From contig CAVOXA010000001.1 in assembly GCA_963700285.1 (NCBI GenBank), positions 1,216,001 to 1,280,000 of the forward strand: a DNA stretch of 64,000 bases, read 5' to 3'. Below the pieces are notes generated by a model. The model saw nothing but the letters and a program-made list of their open reading frames with translations. It was not told the DNA's origin and ran no database searches. Positions 38,323 through 51,501 of this stretch are shown here, one piece after another (the stretch's first letter is position 1; each line of letters opens with the position of its first letter). Made by a program: the position numbers and the translations under genes. This DNA comes from an uncultured Chloroflexia bacterium (GTDB lineage Bacteria; Chloroflexota; Anaerolineae; JAAYZQ01).

Positions 38323-38895
38323 TTATCGCCGCTGTCGGTAAAGGCTTGGGTCCACAACTGCTGCCATCTTGTCCGCCTCGAGGTGGTCGCCGAGGAACTG
38401 GTTGACACTGCGGGTGTGGTCCAGGGGTTTCTCAAGTATCTGTCCATAGTCGACATAAAGGACCTGAATATTGGGCTGCGCCTCAAGCCATGTTTCGATC
38501 TGCGCTACATGCTTACGGAACAGCTCGGCCATCCTTTCGTCGCTGATGGCATCTGTGGCTTCACCTCGCCTGGCCAGCATTTTCCGCTGAGAGGCCAGGA
38601 CCTCCCTGATCTGCCGGCGCATAAAGATCACTCTATAGTCATATGCGGGCGGAAGGTGCTTGAGGAGCGCGCCCACCATCTTGACAGCCTTGCCCCTGGC
38701 ATCCTCCAGCCAGGCTTGATCATGTTCGATCTGCTTTACTCGCTCAAACTCATAGTAGCCCTTGGGATTGTCCTCGTCGGCCGTCCGGATCTCGTCGGTC
38801 AAGACCCGCATGCCCCCAGCTTCCAGCATCTTCATCATCATCGACGTACCGGAGCGGGGTAAGCCCGACACGATAGTAATCACCTCTTGATCCAA
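38323..38895 (-). CDS. sulfotransferase family protein
   Basis: VSGLPRSGTSMM (5'-PAPS loop), NPKGYYE, VIFMRR...SQ. Confidence 0.85.
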   Translation of the reverse strand: MDQEVITIVSGLPRSGTSMMMKMLEAGGMRVLTDEIRTADEDNPKGYYEFERVKQIEHDQAWLEDARGKAVKMVGALLKHLPPAYDYRVIFMRRQIREVLASQRKMLARRGEATDAISDERMAELFRKHVAQIETWLEAQPNIQVLYVDYGQILEKPLDHTRSVNQFLGDHLEADKMAAVVDPSLYRQRR

Positions 38896-39060
38896 GATCC
38901 TTACTCCGGGAAAGGTTTGCGCGGTTGTTGTCCGCGCCTGCCGTTGCCTTCAGATTCTACCACAGGTGCAGGTAGGCGCCAAGCTGTCGGCTTGGCCTGC
39001 AGAATACCCCCCACCCGCTTGGCGGGCAGGGGGTAGGGTTCAATCTGAACAGACCTGAAC

Positions 39061-41802
39061 TCAAGCAGGCTGGGACTGGGCCATCCTCCGTAGAATCGTG
39101 TGCAGCACGCCGCCGTTGCGATAGTACTCGACCTCCACGGGCGTGTCCAGACGGGCCACAGCACTAAAGATGGTTTCAGTGCCATCTTCCCTTCGCCCGC
39201 GGACCGTCACCTCCTGCCCGGATTCGAGTTCGCCAGCGATGCCTGTGACGTCGAATACCTCCCGGCCGCTCAGGCCCAGACTCTCTGCATTCTCGCCGGG
39301 CTGGAACTGCAGCGGAAGCACGCCCATGCCCACCAGGTTGCTGCGATGGATGCGCTCATAGCTCTCGGCAATGACCGCCTCGAACGCCCTGAAGGAGCGG
39401 GCCCTTTGCCGCCCAGTCGCGGGAACTGCCGGATGCCGTACTCCCGTCCAGCCAAGACGATCAGCGGCGTGCCTTCGCTTGGTAGCGCATCGCGGCATCG
39501 TAGATGCTCATCTCCTCGCCGCTGGGGAGATGGAGCGTAACGCCGCCCTCGGTGCCGGGCAGCAGCAGGTTCTTGAGGCGGATGTTGGCAAAGGTGCCGC
39601 GCATCATCACCTCGTGGTTGCCGCGCCGCGACCCGTAGGAGTTAAAGTCGCGCTGCTGTACTTCCCGTTCCAGCAGATATCGACCAGCCGGGCCGTCGGC
39701 AGCAATGCTGCCCGGCGGGCGAGATGTGGTCGGTGGTCACCGAATCGCCCAGAAGAGCCAGCACGCGCGCGCCGTGGATGTCCTGCGTGGGCGGCACCTC
39801 AGGCGCCAGGTCCACAAAGAACGGGGGTTCCTGGATGTAGGTGGAAGCCGGCATCCCAGGCGTAGAGCTCGGCAGCTTCCGGCGCGGGAATGGCGTTCCA
39901 GGTCTCGTTTCCTGTGAACACGTTGGCGTACTGCTCCCGGAACATCTGCGGATCAAGGGCGGCGGCAATCGCCTCCTGGATTTCGGACTGGCTGGGCCAG
40001 ATGTCGCGCAGGAAGACAGGCTGGTCGCCCACGTCGCAGCCCAGCGGTTCCGTGTGAAAGTCTACGTCTACCGTGCCGGCCAGGGCGTAGGCCACCACCA
40101 ACGGCGGCGAGGCCAGGTAGTTGGCCCGCACGTGGGGGCTGATGCGCCCCTCAAAGTTGCGGTTCCCAGACAGGACTGCGGCAGCCACCAGGTCAGCCTC
40201 TTCGACAGCCTGGGCGACTGCTTCGGGCAGAGGGCCGCTGTTGCCGATGCAGGTCGTGCAGCCATAGCCCACCACGTTGAAGCCAAGTTGATCGAGATAG
40301 GGCGTCAGTCCTGCAGCGTCCAGGTAGCGGGTGACCACCGTCGAGCCGGGCGCCAGGCTGGTCTTGACATAGGCCGGCACACTCAGGCCCCGCTCCACCG
40401 CCTTCTTGGCCAGTAGGCCCGCGCCGATCATCACCGAGGGGTTGGAGGTGTTGGTGCAACTGGTGATGGCGGCAATGACCACAGCGCCGTGCCTCAGTGT
40501 GCTTTCGCCCTTCCCGTTGGAAGCCGCTACGGTTGCCCTTCGGCTCACCTCTTCCTCGCTGAGGGCAAATCCGCGCTGAGCGGTGGGTGCCCGCAGAGCC
40601 GTCTGGAATGCGGGTTTCATGTCCCGCAGGGGGATGCGATCCTGGGGGCGCTTGGGGCCAGCCAGGCTCGGCTCCACGGTGCTCAGGTCCAGCGTCAGAG
40701 TGTCCGAATATGCTGGCGTTGGTGTGTCGTCAGTGCGAAAGAGGCCCTGGGCCTTGGTATAGCGCTCCACCAGGTCGACCAATTCGGCGAGGACGTCCGG
40801 TGCTGCGCAGATAGCGCAGGGTCTCATCGATCCACAGGAAAAAAGCCCATGGTCGCGCCATATTCGGGCGACATGTTGGCCATGGTCGCCCGGTCGGGCA
40901 GGCTGAGGCGGCTGGTCCCCGGGCCAAAGAACTCGACGAACTTGCCCACTACACCCTCTTGGCGCAGCATCTGGGTCACGGTCAGCACCAGGTCGGTGGC
41001 CGTCGCCCCCTCGGGCAGCTCGCCCGCCAGCTCAAAGCCGACCACCTCTGGCGGCAGCATGGTGATCGGCTCGCCCAGCATGGCCGCCTCGGCCTCGATG
41101 CCGCCCACACCCCAGCCCATGACGCCCAGGCCGTTGATCATGGTCGTGTGCGAATCGGTGCCCACCAGGGTATCGGGAAAGCAACCCAGCTCGCCATCGG
41201 CCTCCTGACGCTTGGTCACGACAGTGGCCAGGTACTCCAGGTTGACCTGGTGGACGATGCCGGTGGCGGGTGGCACCACGCGAAAGTTGTCAAAGGCGTT
41301 CTGCGCCCAGTGCAGGAACTCGTAGCGCTCGCGGTTGCGCTCGAACTCACGCTCGGCGTTGAAATAGAGCGCCGCGTTGCTGCCAAACATGTCTACCTGG
41401 ACCGAGTGGTCGATGACCAGATCCACCGGTACCTGGGGATTGATGCGCCCAGGATCGCCGCCCAGCCGGTGCATGGCCGAGCGGAGCGCCGCCAGATCGA
41501 CCACGGCCGGCACGCCGGTAAAGTCCTGCAGCACCACGCGGGCCGGCTTGAAGGGCAGCTCGCTGGAACCCGGTGACTTGGGCATTCCAGCCCGCCAGGT
41601 TCTTGACGTGCTCCTCGGTGATCTCCCGGCCATTGCACTGGCGCAGCAGGCCTTCCAGCCAGACGCGAATGGAGAAGGGCAGCCGATCCAGATCGGCCAG
41701 ACCCAGTTCTGCCAGTCGCCCCAGCCGGTAGATGGCGACTGGACCGGCGCCTGTCTGGATTGTCGTTCGGGCGCCAAATGGATCAAGGGGCTTACCTGTC
41801 AT
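39061..41802 (-). CDS. acnA: aconitate hydratase A (multiple frameshifts)
   Basis: [75 protein letters not shown], spread over several frames; AGGAGG RBS before ATG at 41802. Confidence 0.93.
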
Positions 41803-41827
41803 TGCACTCCTCCTCCTTGCCTTCAGC

Positions 41828-42163
41828 CTAGTAGTAGCCGATGCCCAGGCCGAATTCCTCGTCGTAGCCCAGCTCGTCCTTGGCATAGTCGCTCATCATC
41901 GATGGGTGCCAGAGCGGATTCCAGACCAGGTCGACGTCCACATCCAGGACGTCTTCAATACCCCGCAGTTCCCGCTTGATGTCGCGGATGATCTCGGGGC
42001 CCAGCGGGCAGCCAGGGCTGGTCAGGGTCAGGTCGACGTGCACCCTGCCCTTTTCGTCATCCAGATTGACGCCATAGACCAGGCCCAGATCGACGATGTT
42101 CATGCCAATTTCAGGGTCGATCACCTCGGTAAGAGCTTCCAGAAGCTCATTCTTTGTCGTCAT
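41828..42163 (-). CDS. sufT: metal-sulfur cluster assembly factor (DUF59/SufT)
   Basis: VIDPEIGMNIVDLGLVY, TLTSPGCP, VWNPLW. Confidence 0.88.
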   Translation of the reverse strand: MTTKNELLEALTEVIDPEIGMNIVDLGLVYGVNLDDEKGRVHVDLTLTSPGCPLGPEIIRDIKRELRGIEDVLDVDVDLVWNPLWHPSMMSDYAKDELGYDEEFGLGIGYY

Positions 42164-42242
42164 ATGGTACTCCTCCCAAACCTCAGGCCAGAGACATCGA
42201 ATCGCGTATCGCGCCGCGCCTTCGACGCCTGTTGCGTATCCA

Positions 42243-42551
42243 CTAATCTACGTCTACCAGAATGTCATCACCCTCGACCTTGACCTCAAAGGTGGGGAGA
42301 GGAATGATGGCCGGCAGGGCTTTCACCTCGCCGCTCCTCACGTTGAACCGGGCACCATGGCGCGGGCACTCGATCTCCTCACCGAGCAGATAACCATCAC
42401 CCAGAGGACCGTCGTCGTGGGTGCAGACGTCGGCAATGGCATAGATCTGGCCGTCGACATTGCACAATGCGATATCCTCGTCGCCGACCTCGACGGTCTT
42501 GACCCGGCCGGGCGGAATGTCGCCAACTTTTGCTACCTTTACAAAAGCCAT
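42243..42551 (-). CDS. Rieske-type ferredoxin
   Basis: CTHD...ECPRHGARF Rieske motifs. Confidence 0.92.
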   Translation of the reverse strand: MAFVKVAKVGDIPPGRVKTVEVGDEDIALCNVDGQIYAIADVCTHDDGPLGDGYLLGEEIECPRHGARFNVRSGEVKALPAIIPLPTFEVKVEGDDILVDVD

Positions 42552-42573
42552 CTGTCACCTCCTTGGATGGAGC

Positions 42574-42984
42574 TTACCAATCGTCTTCTGCATTCTCTGT
42601 GTTTAGCGACCCATCGAGCCCATAGGCGCCGACTTTGACCACTTTGAGCGGCAGCAGGGCGCACTTGAGCCGCACCGGTCCCAGGTCAATGCCCAGCTCC
42701 TCGACCACATCCTCATTGGTCAGCGCCTTGATCTCGTCGAGCGTCTGGCCGATGAGCAGGTCACTGAGCATGGAGGCCGAGGCCTTGCTGATGGCGCAGC
42801 CCACGGCCGAGAAGCGCACATCTTTCACCGTCTCCCCGTCTTCGTCCAGTTGGATGTCAAACCGGATCCGGTCGCCGCACAGCGGATTGTTCTCCTCGTG
42901 GGTGATGTCGGGATTCTCCAGCGTGCCATAGTTGTGCGGGTGGGTATAGTGTTCCAGGATCTCTTCTCGATAAAAGTCGTCCAT
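42574..42984 (-). CDS. sufU: SufU/IscU-type Fe-S scaffold or sulfur transfer protein
   Basis: ILEHYTHP, NPLCGD, GCAISKASAS, RLKCA. Confidence 0.85.
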   Translation of the reverse strand: MDDFYREEILEHYTHPHNYGTLENPDITHEENNPLCGDRIRFDIQLDEDGETVKDVRFSAVGCAISKASASMLSDLLIGQTLDEIKALTNEDVVEELGIDLGPVRLKCALLPLKVVKVGAYGLDGSLNTENAEDDW

Positions 42985-43022
42985 TGTGTCAGTCTATCTC
43001 CGTCATCGAGTCTTTGCAGAGG

Positions 43023-43400
43023 TTAGGGCTGTCTCTGCGAAAGCCCCAGCATATTGCCATCGGGATCAAACACGCAAGCAAGAAATCCTCCCCAGGGCTT
43101 GTGCGTCGGTGGGTATCTCACCTTGGCGCCCAAGCCCACCAGCCGGTCGTAGGCGGCTTGCACGTCGTCGACGGTGAACCACAGGGTCACACCTGCTCGC
43201 GAGTCGCCTTCCGCCGAATCGACCTGGTCAAAGCCCAGATAGACGGACCCAACCTGCTGGCCCATGTGCTGCGGGGAGCGCTGGTAGGAACCCAACTGGA
43301 GGCCATCCCGGTAGAACGCAGCCAATAGCTCCATGCGCTCCGTAAAAATGATCGCCGTATCCAGGCTTGTTCCGCCCACTGCATCCCTGGATCCTGCCAT
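43023..43400 (-). CDS. VOC/glyoxalase family protein
   Basis: FYRDGL, WFTVDDV, PWGG...DPDGN. Confidence 0.85.
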   Translation of the reverse strand: MAGSRDAVGGTSLDTAIIFTERMELLAAFYRDGLQLGSYQRSPQHMGQQVGSVYLGFDQVDSAEGDSRAGVTLWFTVDDVQAAYDRLVGLGAKVRYPPTHKPWGGFLACVFDPDGNMLGLSQRQP

Positions 43401-43409
43401 GCTATCCTC

Positions 43410-43982
43410 CTACGCGTACTCCGATTTGAGCTTGGCCAGATAGCGCTTTCGGAACTTGGTCACCTTGGGGGCGATCACCACCTGGCAATACGGTTGTCGC
43501 TCATTGCGCCGAAAGTACTCTTGGTGGTATTCTTCAGCCCTGTAGAAGGCGCCAAATGGCGTGACTTCGGTCACAATCGGTCCATTCCAGATCTCGGCTG
43601 CGGTCAGATCCTCGATTACCTTGCTGGCTGCCGCCCCCTGATCTGGGCTGTGGTAAAAGATTGCCGAGCGATATTGGGGCCCAATGTCGGCTCCCTGGCG
43701 GTTCAGCGTCGTAGGGTCGTGGGTGCCAAAGAATACCTCGAGAATCTCTTCAAAGGTAATCTTTTGCGGGTCGAAGGTGATTTGCACGACTTCCGCATCT
43801 CCCGTTGTCCCGGCAGATACCTGCTGGTAAGTTGGGTTGGCCACTGTTCCACCCGAGTATCCTGACTCAACCTTCTCAACGCCGTTTAACTGCTCAAAGA
43901 CGGCCTCCAGACACCAGAAACAGCCGCCTCCAAGGGTCGCAATTTCTCTGTCGTCGGCCAACTGTACATGCTGCGAGTCCAT
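43410..43982 (-). CDS. msrA: peptide-methionine (S)-S-oxide reductase
   Basis: GGGCFWCLE, HDPTTLNRQG, QYRSAIF, AEEYHQEY, PYC. Confidence 0.95.
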   Translation of the reverse strand: MDSQHVQLADDREIATLGGGCFWCLEAVFEQLNGVEKVESGYSGGTVANPTYQQVSAGTTGDAEVVQITFDPQKITFEEILEVFFGTHDPTTLNRQGADIGPQYRSAIFYHSPDQGAAASKVIEDLTAAEIWNGPIVTEVTPFGAFYRAEEYHQEYFRRNERQPYCQVVIAPKVTKFRKRYLAKLKSEYA

Positions 43983-44023
43983 TGTGATTAATTCTCCTCT
44001 GAATGCCAAGGTTCTCTGCGAGC

Positions 44024-44920
44024 CTAAGCAAGGCTCCAGATCCGGATTTTCCTGTCCGCTGCGCCGACGGCAAACCAGCGCCCATCGGGCGAGAAAGCCA
44101 TCCCGTTCACGGCCTTGGTGCCGATAGTGAGTTCAGTCTCCAACTGCCAGTTCTTCACGGACCAAAGTTCTACTCTGCTCTCTGAGCTTAAGGCGGCCAT
44201 GGTCTCGTCCGGAGAGAAGGCCAGCCCTCGTACCCCAGGGGCGCTGCCCCGAACAGTCCGAGCTACCTGCCAGGTAGCCGCGTCCCAGAACTTGATCGTC
44301 TGCTCGTACCCCAGCGATACCAGGTATTGGCCGCTGTCGATGAACCTGAGCCAGCCTACAGCGGTTCTGTGGCCTGCCAGTGTACGGATATGTTCGCCGG
44401 ATGGCAGCGACCAGAGGTTGATGTCATCCCCCAGGCCGGCTGTAGCCAGCATGCTGCCGTCTGGAGAAAAAGCAATGGACCCAAGATTCTTTTTGCTAGC
44501 ACGAATGCCGGCAATATCTTGGCCTGTTAGCGTCCAGACCATGGCCAGGCCGCCGTAGGACCCGGCCGCGACGAGTGCTCCATCGGGTGAAATCTGGACC
44601 GCAGCAACAGTCTTCTTGCGGTCTTGCAGCGTTCGGATCAACCGGCCGTCGGGAAAGGTCCACAGCTTGACGGTGGCGTCTGTTGATCCGGTCGCCAGGG
44701 TCTTGCCGTCGGGGGAGAGCGAGATACTGTTCGCGCTGTTGGCGTGCCCCTCGAACGTTCCTCGCGGCCGCCAGTCAGGGGCAGACCAGAGCTTGATCAC
44801 GTTGTCCATCCCGGCCGAAACCAGCGTCTGGCTGTCACGGCTGAAAAGCAAATCTATCACATAGCTACCGTGAGCCTCAAAAACCGCGCTCTTTTCCATC
44901 TTACCACGACTCCGCTTCAA
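44024..44920 (-). CDS. WD40 repeat protein
   Basis: About seven GH...FSPDG..LA....D..IKLW repeats. Confidence 0.9.
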   Translation of the reverse strand: MKRSRGKMEKSAVFEAHGSYVIDLLFSRDSQTLVSAGMDNVIKLWSAPDWRPRGTFEGHANSANSISLSPDGKTLATGSTDATVKLWTFPDGRLIRTLQDRKKTVAAVQISPDGALVAAGSYGGLAMVWTLTGQDIAGIRASKKNLGSIAFSPDGSMLATAGLGDDINLWSLPSGEHIRTLAGHRTAVGWLRFIDSGQYLVSLGYEQTIKFWDAATWQVARTVRGSAPGVRGLAFSPDETMAALSSESRVELWSVKNWQLETELTIGTKAVNGMAFSPDGRWFAVGAADRKIRIWSLA

Positions 44921-45774
44921 CCCTTGCGTCCGGCGATGATGAGATGCTGATTGACAAAGCTCGCCTCGGGCGTGCCCCAGGAACTCGGCTGCATCCAGTC
45001 CCTGACTGGTTCGGGTGCTTCCTCGACCATTGCTACCAGGCGCTCGATGACCTCCGGCGTGCAGCCCTGGCGCTCGGCCCAGGGATACAGGCTGTGAACC
45101 TTGACAATCTGTTCAGTATCCTCAACGGCTAGCCCGGCTGCCTCAAACATGGCCCGCCACTCCCTCTCCGAACATGCCCGGTGGTGGCTGGGATCTCGCA
45201 ACCGTTCGAAATCGTTGATGTAGCGGGCGGCTTCAGCGTCCTCTGGCAACGCATGGTCTTGGACCAGCAGCAATCCCGGTACCTTCAGTACTCGTGCGCT
45301 CTCTAGCACAAAGCGAGCGGGGTTGGGGAAGTGGTGCGGTGCGATTCGGCAAGTGACAAGGTCGAAACTGCCATCGTCGAAGGGCAACTCCTCGGCATCA
45401 GCCGGTTCAAAGACCACATTCTTGATTCCCTGGCTTTCTATGAAGGCTCGGGCTTTCTCCAGCATCCTGGGCGTGATGTCGGTCGCTGTCACCCGGGTGA
45501 CATGGGACGCGAATTTTAGGGCAGTGTGTCCGCCTCCTGTCGCAATGTCCAGAACGACCCAGCTGGGTTGCGGCTGAGCGATCTCAACTAGGCGGTCCAA
45601 CTCTTGCCCCTTGGCATGGGTCGCACTTGTGACGTATCCTTCGGCGAATCTGGTGTATCGTTGCTGCGAGAGAGCTTTTGCGTCGAAATCGTCGGTCATC
45701 TCGTCACTCCCGGCAGCATCCCTTGCCGGCCCTTCTCGGGTACTGGCTCGGTACCCGGAATCCTTCCTAGTCAT
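44917..45774 (-). CDS. class I SAM-dependent methyltransferase
   Basis: VLDIATGGGHTA, DAEELPF, FDLVTCRIAPHHF, RDPSH. Confidence 0.9.
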   Translation of the reverse strand: MTRKDSGYRASTREGPARDAAGSDEMTDDFDAKALSQQRYTRFAEGYVTSATHAKGQELDRLVEIAQPQPSWVVLDIATGGGHTALKFASHVTRVTATDITPRMLEKARAFIESQGIKNVVFEPADAEELPFDDGSFDLVTCRIAPHHFPNPARFVLESARVLKVPGLLLVQDHALPEDAEAARYINDFERLRDPSHHRACSEREWRAMFEAAGLAVEDTEQIVKVHSLYPWAERQGCTPEVIERLVAMVEEAPEPVRDWMQPSSWGTPEASFVNQHLIIAGRKG

Positions 45775-47035
<1,261 letters not shown>

Positions 47036-47054
47036 GTGCTCTGCTCTCCTCCGG

Positions 47055-48479
47055 TCAGGACTCTGACGAGCCCAGCCTACTCGAGCCTGTCCGGCCTCGG
47101 ATTCGCCGAACCTCGTCAGCCCTGAGCTTGGCTGCGATGGCCCCGGTCAGCCGCTCCCGCAGCCCTTCCAGGCTCTCCGGCAGGCGGTCCAGCGACGGCT
47201 GGAAAAAGCCCTCGACGATCAGGCGGACGGCCTCATCGCGGGGGATGCCCCGGCTCATCAGATAGAAGACCTGGTTCTCGTCCACCTGGCTCACGGTCGC
47301 GCCGTGGGTGCAGCGCAGGTCATTGGCCTCGATCTCCAGCTCGGGCAGCGAGTCGGCCCGCGCCTTCTTGGACAGCAGCAGGTTGCGGTTCGATTGGTAG
47401 GCATTGGTCTTTTGCGCACCAGGCCAGGCGCGGATGGTGCCCTCGTAGACCGACCGCGACCTGCCCAGCAGCGCGCCCTGATAGAGCAGGTCGCTCATGC
47501 AGTTGCCGGCGACGTGGTCCTGCAGGGTGTCAAAGGCCATGTGCTGCTTGCCGTCGGGCAGATACAGGCCGGTGACCATGGCCTCGCCGCCCGGCTCGCG
47601 CAGGATGCTGTGCTGCGTCGAGCGGCTCACGCCGCCCGCCCAGGCTCACCGTCAGCCACTCCAGGCGGCTGTCGCGATCCAGCAGTGCCGTCTGGGTGCG
47701 CAGGTCATACACCTGGCGGCCAAGATCCTGGGCATTGATATAGCGGACCCGGGCGCCGGCTCCCACGTACAGCTCGGTGACGCCGCCGTGATAGGTGTCG
47801 GGGCAGGCGTCACAACCCATGGAGAGCAGTTCCGAGACCAGCGTCACGCTGCTGCCTTCCTCGGCGATGAGCAGGGTGGGCGGAAAGACGGCCAGTTGTG
47901 GCATCTCCTGCCACAGCACCGAGACGAAGGGCAGGTCGACGCGTCACGTTCTTGGGCACGTAGAGAAAGGTGCCGCCGCTCCAAAACGCGCATGCAGGGC
48001 CGTGTACTTGTCCGCCGTCACCGGCACGGCCTCTTCCATAAAGTACTTTTGCACCAGCTCGGGATGCTCCCGCACCGCGGTGTCCATATCGGTCCAGATC
48101 ACGCCCTGGGCCCGCACCTCGTCGGCCAGGTCCAGGTAGACGCGCGCCGAATCGCGCTGCAGCAGCAGCCCGGCCCGCTGGCCATAGATCGCCAGCGCCT
48201 CGTGCAGCTTGGGCGGCAGGGCCTCCAGATCCGTCGACCGGCGCCTGGGGCGGCGCGTAGGGGATCAGTTCCTCCCACTTGAGCTTGCTGATGTCGGTGC
48301 GCCGCCAGAACGGGGCTCCAATCTCCTGATAGTGGTACCAGCCCTCGTAGCGCTTCTCCAGCATCCAGTTGGGCTCGTCCCGGCTGGCCGACAGGGCCTC
48401 CAGCTGCCTCCCGGCGTAAAGCCCCTGGGCTGGCAGGGTCGGTCTTGCTTTCCTGTTCAATCGTCGCAGCTATGTCCAC
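47055..48479 (-). CDS. sufD: Fe-S cluster assembly protein SufD (multiple frameshifts)
   Basis: WRRTDI, NRNLLLSKKARADSLPELEI, CTHGATV, FYLMSRGI, LIVEGFF. Confidence 0.88.
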
Positions 48480-48531
48480 GGTTTCATCCCTCGATTGCAT
48501 GATCCGCGGATCTGGCCTTCTGGCCCCAGAC

Positions 48532-49942
48532 CTATCCCACCGATCCTTCCATCTCCAACTGGATCAGGCGGTTCATCTCCACGGCGTACTCCATCGGCAG
48601 CTCTTTGACGATGGGCTCGATAAAGCCGTTGACGATCATCATCATCGCCTGCTGCTCGGAGATGCCCCGGCTCATGCAGGTAGAAGAGCTGCTCGTCGCT
48701 CACCTTGCTGACCGTGGCCTCGTGGCTGATGCTGGCATCCTCTTCGTCGATCTCCATCACCGGATAGGTGTCGGAGCGCGAGTGCTCGTCGAGGATGAGC
48801 GCGTCGCAGACCACGTTGCTCTTGACGCCCTTCGGCGCCCTTGTAGACCTTGACCAGGCCGCGATAGCCGGCCCGCCCGCCGCCCTTGCTGATCGACTTG
48901 GAGGTGATGCTGGAGGTGGTGTGCGGCGCGCCGTGGATCGCCTTGGCGCCGGCGTCCTGGTGCTGGCCCTTGTTGGCAAAGGCGATGGACAGGATCTCGG
49001 CCCTGGCCCCCTTGCCCATCATGTAGACGGAGGGGTACTTCATGGTCAGCTTGCTGCCCAGGTTGCCATCGACCCACTCCATCGTCGCGTCCTCGTGGGC
49101 CACCGCCCGCTGGGTCACCAGGTTGTAGACGTTGTGGCTCCAGTTCTGGATGGTGGTGTAGCGCACGCGCGCGCCCTTTTTGACAATGATCTCGATGACG
49201 CCCGAGTGGAACGAGTCGGTGCTGTAGGTCGGCGCCGTGCAGCCTTCGACATAGTGCACCTGCGAGCCCTCGTCGGCGATGATCAGCGTCCGCTCAAACT
49301 GGCCCATGTTCTGGGCGTTGATGCGAAAGTAGGCCTGCAGCGGGAATATCGACCTTGACGCCGGGCGGGATGTAGACAAAGCTGCCACCGCTCCACACCG
49401 CGGTGTTCAGGGCCGCGTACTTGTTGTCGGCGGCGGGCACCACCGTGCCAAAGTACTCTTTGTAGACCTCTTCATACTCGCGCAGGCCGGTGTCGCTGTC
49501 GACAAAGACGACGCCCTGGCGCTCCCACTCCTCTTTCAGGCTGTGGTAGACGGCCTCGGACTCGTACTGTGCGCCCGCACCGGCCAGGAACTTGCGCTCC
49601 GCCTCGGGGATGCCCAGCCGGTCAAAGGTGCGCTTGATGTCGTCGGGCACCTCGTCCCAGGTACGTCCCTGCTGCTTCGACCGGCTTGATATAGTAGTAG
49701 ATGTCGTCGTAGTCCAGCCTGGACAGATCGCCGCCCCAGGTGGGCATCGGCTTGGCGTAAAAGATGTCCAGGGACTTGTGTCGCATGGCGCGCATCCAGT
49801 CTGGCTCGCCCTTCATCTACGAGATCTCGTCGACGATCTCGTGGTCCAGACCCTTGCGGCTCTTGAACACATAGTTTTCATCATCGCGGAACCCGTACTT
49901 GTAGTCGTCCAGGTCCACGCCCAACACAACATTGTCAGACAT
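48532..49942 (-). CDS. sufB: Fe-S cluster assembly protein SufB (multiple frameshifts)
   Basis: [53 protein letters not shown]; ends MEGSVG*. Confidence 0.93.
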
Positions 49943-50020
49943 GTCCAATCCTTTCCGCTAGCGGATCAACCAGGCCCGAATCTGGCTTTCAGGCAGCCGG
50001 CACTCGGAGAATGGAACTCT

Positions 50021-50805
50021 TCACTCGGCTCCCTCTTGCACCCAGTCGTAGCCCCTTTCCTCCAGCTCCAGGGCCAGCTCCGGGCCGCCCGACATGACAA
50101 TCGGCCGTTCACCAGGATGTGGACGTGCTCCGGCTTGATATAGTCGAGGATACGCTGATAGTGGGTGATGACCAGCACACCCAGGTTGGGACTCATCAGC
50201 TCGTTCACGCCTTCGGACACGATGCGCAGGGCATCGATGTCCAGCCCCGAGTCGGTCTCGTCCAGGACGGCGATCTCGGGCTGGAGCATGGCCATCTGCA
50301 AGATCTCCATCCGCTTTTTCTCGCCGCCGGAGAAGCCGTCGTTCAGATAGCGGCGGGCAAAGCTGGGATCCATCTTGAGCATGGCCATCTTTTCTTTGAG
50401 CAGCTCGCGAAACTCGCGCATGGAGATGCCCTTCTTGGCCCCATTGCCGTTGCCGGGTACATCGGACTCTGTGCGCACGGGCGTTGAGGGCCGTCCGCAG
50501 AAAGTTGGCCACGCTTACCCCTGGGATGGCGCTGGGATACTGGAACGCCAGGAACAGCCCCAGCCGCGATCGCTCGTCGGGCGACATTTCGACGATGTTC
50601 TCGCCTTTGAACCAGATCTCGCCGCTCGTCACTTCGTAGGCGGGATGGCCCATCAGGGTGTTGGCCAGGGTGCTCTTGCCCAGAGCCGTTGGGCCCCATG
50701 ATGGCATGGATCTCGCCCTCTGTTCATCTCCAGATTGAGCCCCTTGAGGATCTCCTGACCCTCGACATTGACATGCAGGTTCTTGATCAGCAGATCAGCA
50801 CTCAT
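50021..50805 (-). CDS. sufC: Fe-S cluster assembly ATPase SufC (frameshifts)
   Basis: ILKGLNL, MGPNGSG-KST (split by a frameshift), [37 protein letters not shown]. Confidence 0.93.
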
Positions 50806-51471
50806 CCGCCTATCAACTCCTTCTTGTTGATCTTTTCCTGTTCCTGGGCAATCGTGAATTGGCAGCCACGATGCCCATCCAGCACGCACTGGGTCAGCTT
50901 GACCCCAGACTCTAGCAGGCGGACCATCACCTGTCGCTCCATCTCACATACGGCGCGGTTCTCCAGAGCCACGTTCTGGTAGGGGCAGCCATATTCCTGC
51001 AGAACGAACCCCTCTGAGGTCTTGACAATCTCGACAGTCACCCCACGCTGGTCCAACAACTCGGCCCAGGCATTCACCCGATCGACCAGTGCTAGTCCCC
51101 CGACCTGGTCTCTGTACAGCGCCGCCATGCGGCTCGCCACCCGACGGAGCACGCCCTGGAGGGCCGTCTGCCCCCTGTGTCTCGCCTACCTCCTCCAGAA
51201 GCAGCCTGGCCAGGTCGCCATAGTCCTTGTAGAAGAGGTTGTGAGCTTGAGGGGTCACCGAGTAGACATAGTAGGGACGTCCTACGCCCTCTCGAACCTT
51301 CTCTGCACGGATCGCGCCACTGGCCTGGAGCTGGGTCAGGTGCAACCTGACTGCCGAAGTGGTTACGCCCAGGTCGGACGCCACCTCCTTGATGCTGGCT
51401 CGGCCGCGCATCTGAATTGTTTTCAGCACTCTACCTGCTGGCGTGCTCGAGAACTCCCATGAATAGTGCAT
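50802..51471 (-). CDS. sufR: SufR-like HTH transcriptional regulator (frameshift near 51170)
   Basis: N-terminal HTH (EVASDLGVT..AVRLHL..L, GRP..VY), C-terminal GCPY..VCEME..CQF Cys ligands; first gene of the suf operon. Confidence 0.75.
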
Positions 51472-51501
51472 CGCCTTTTGTTTCCCTTTCTACTGGCCGT
51501 A

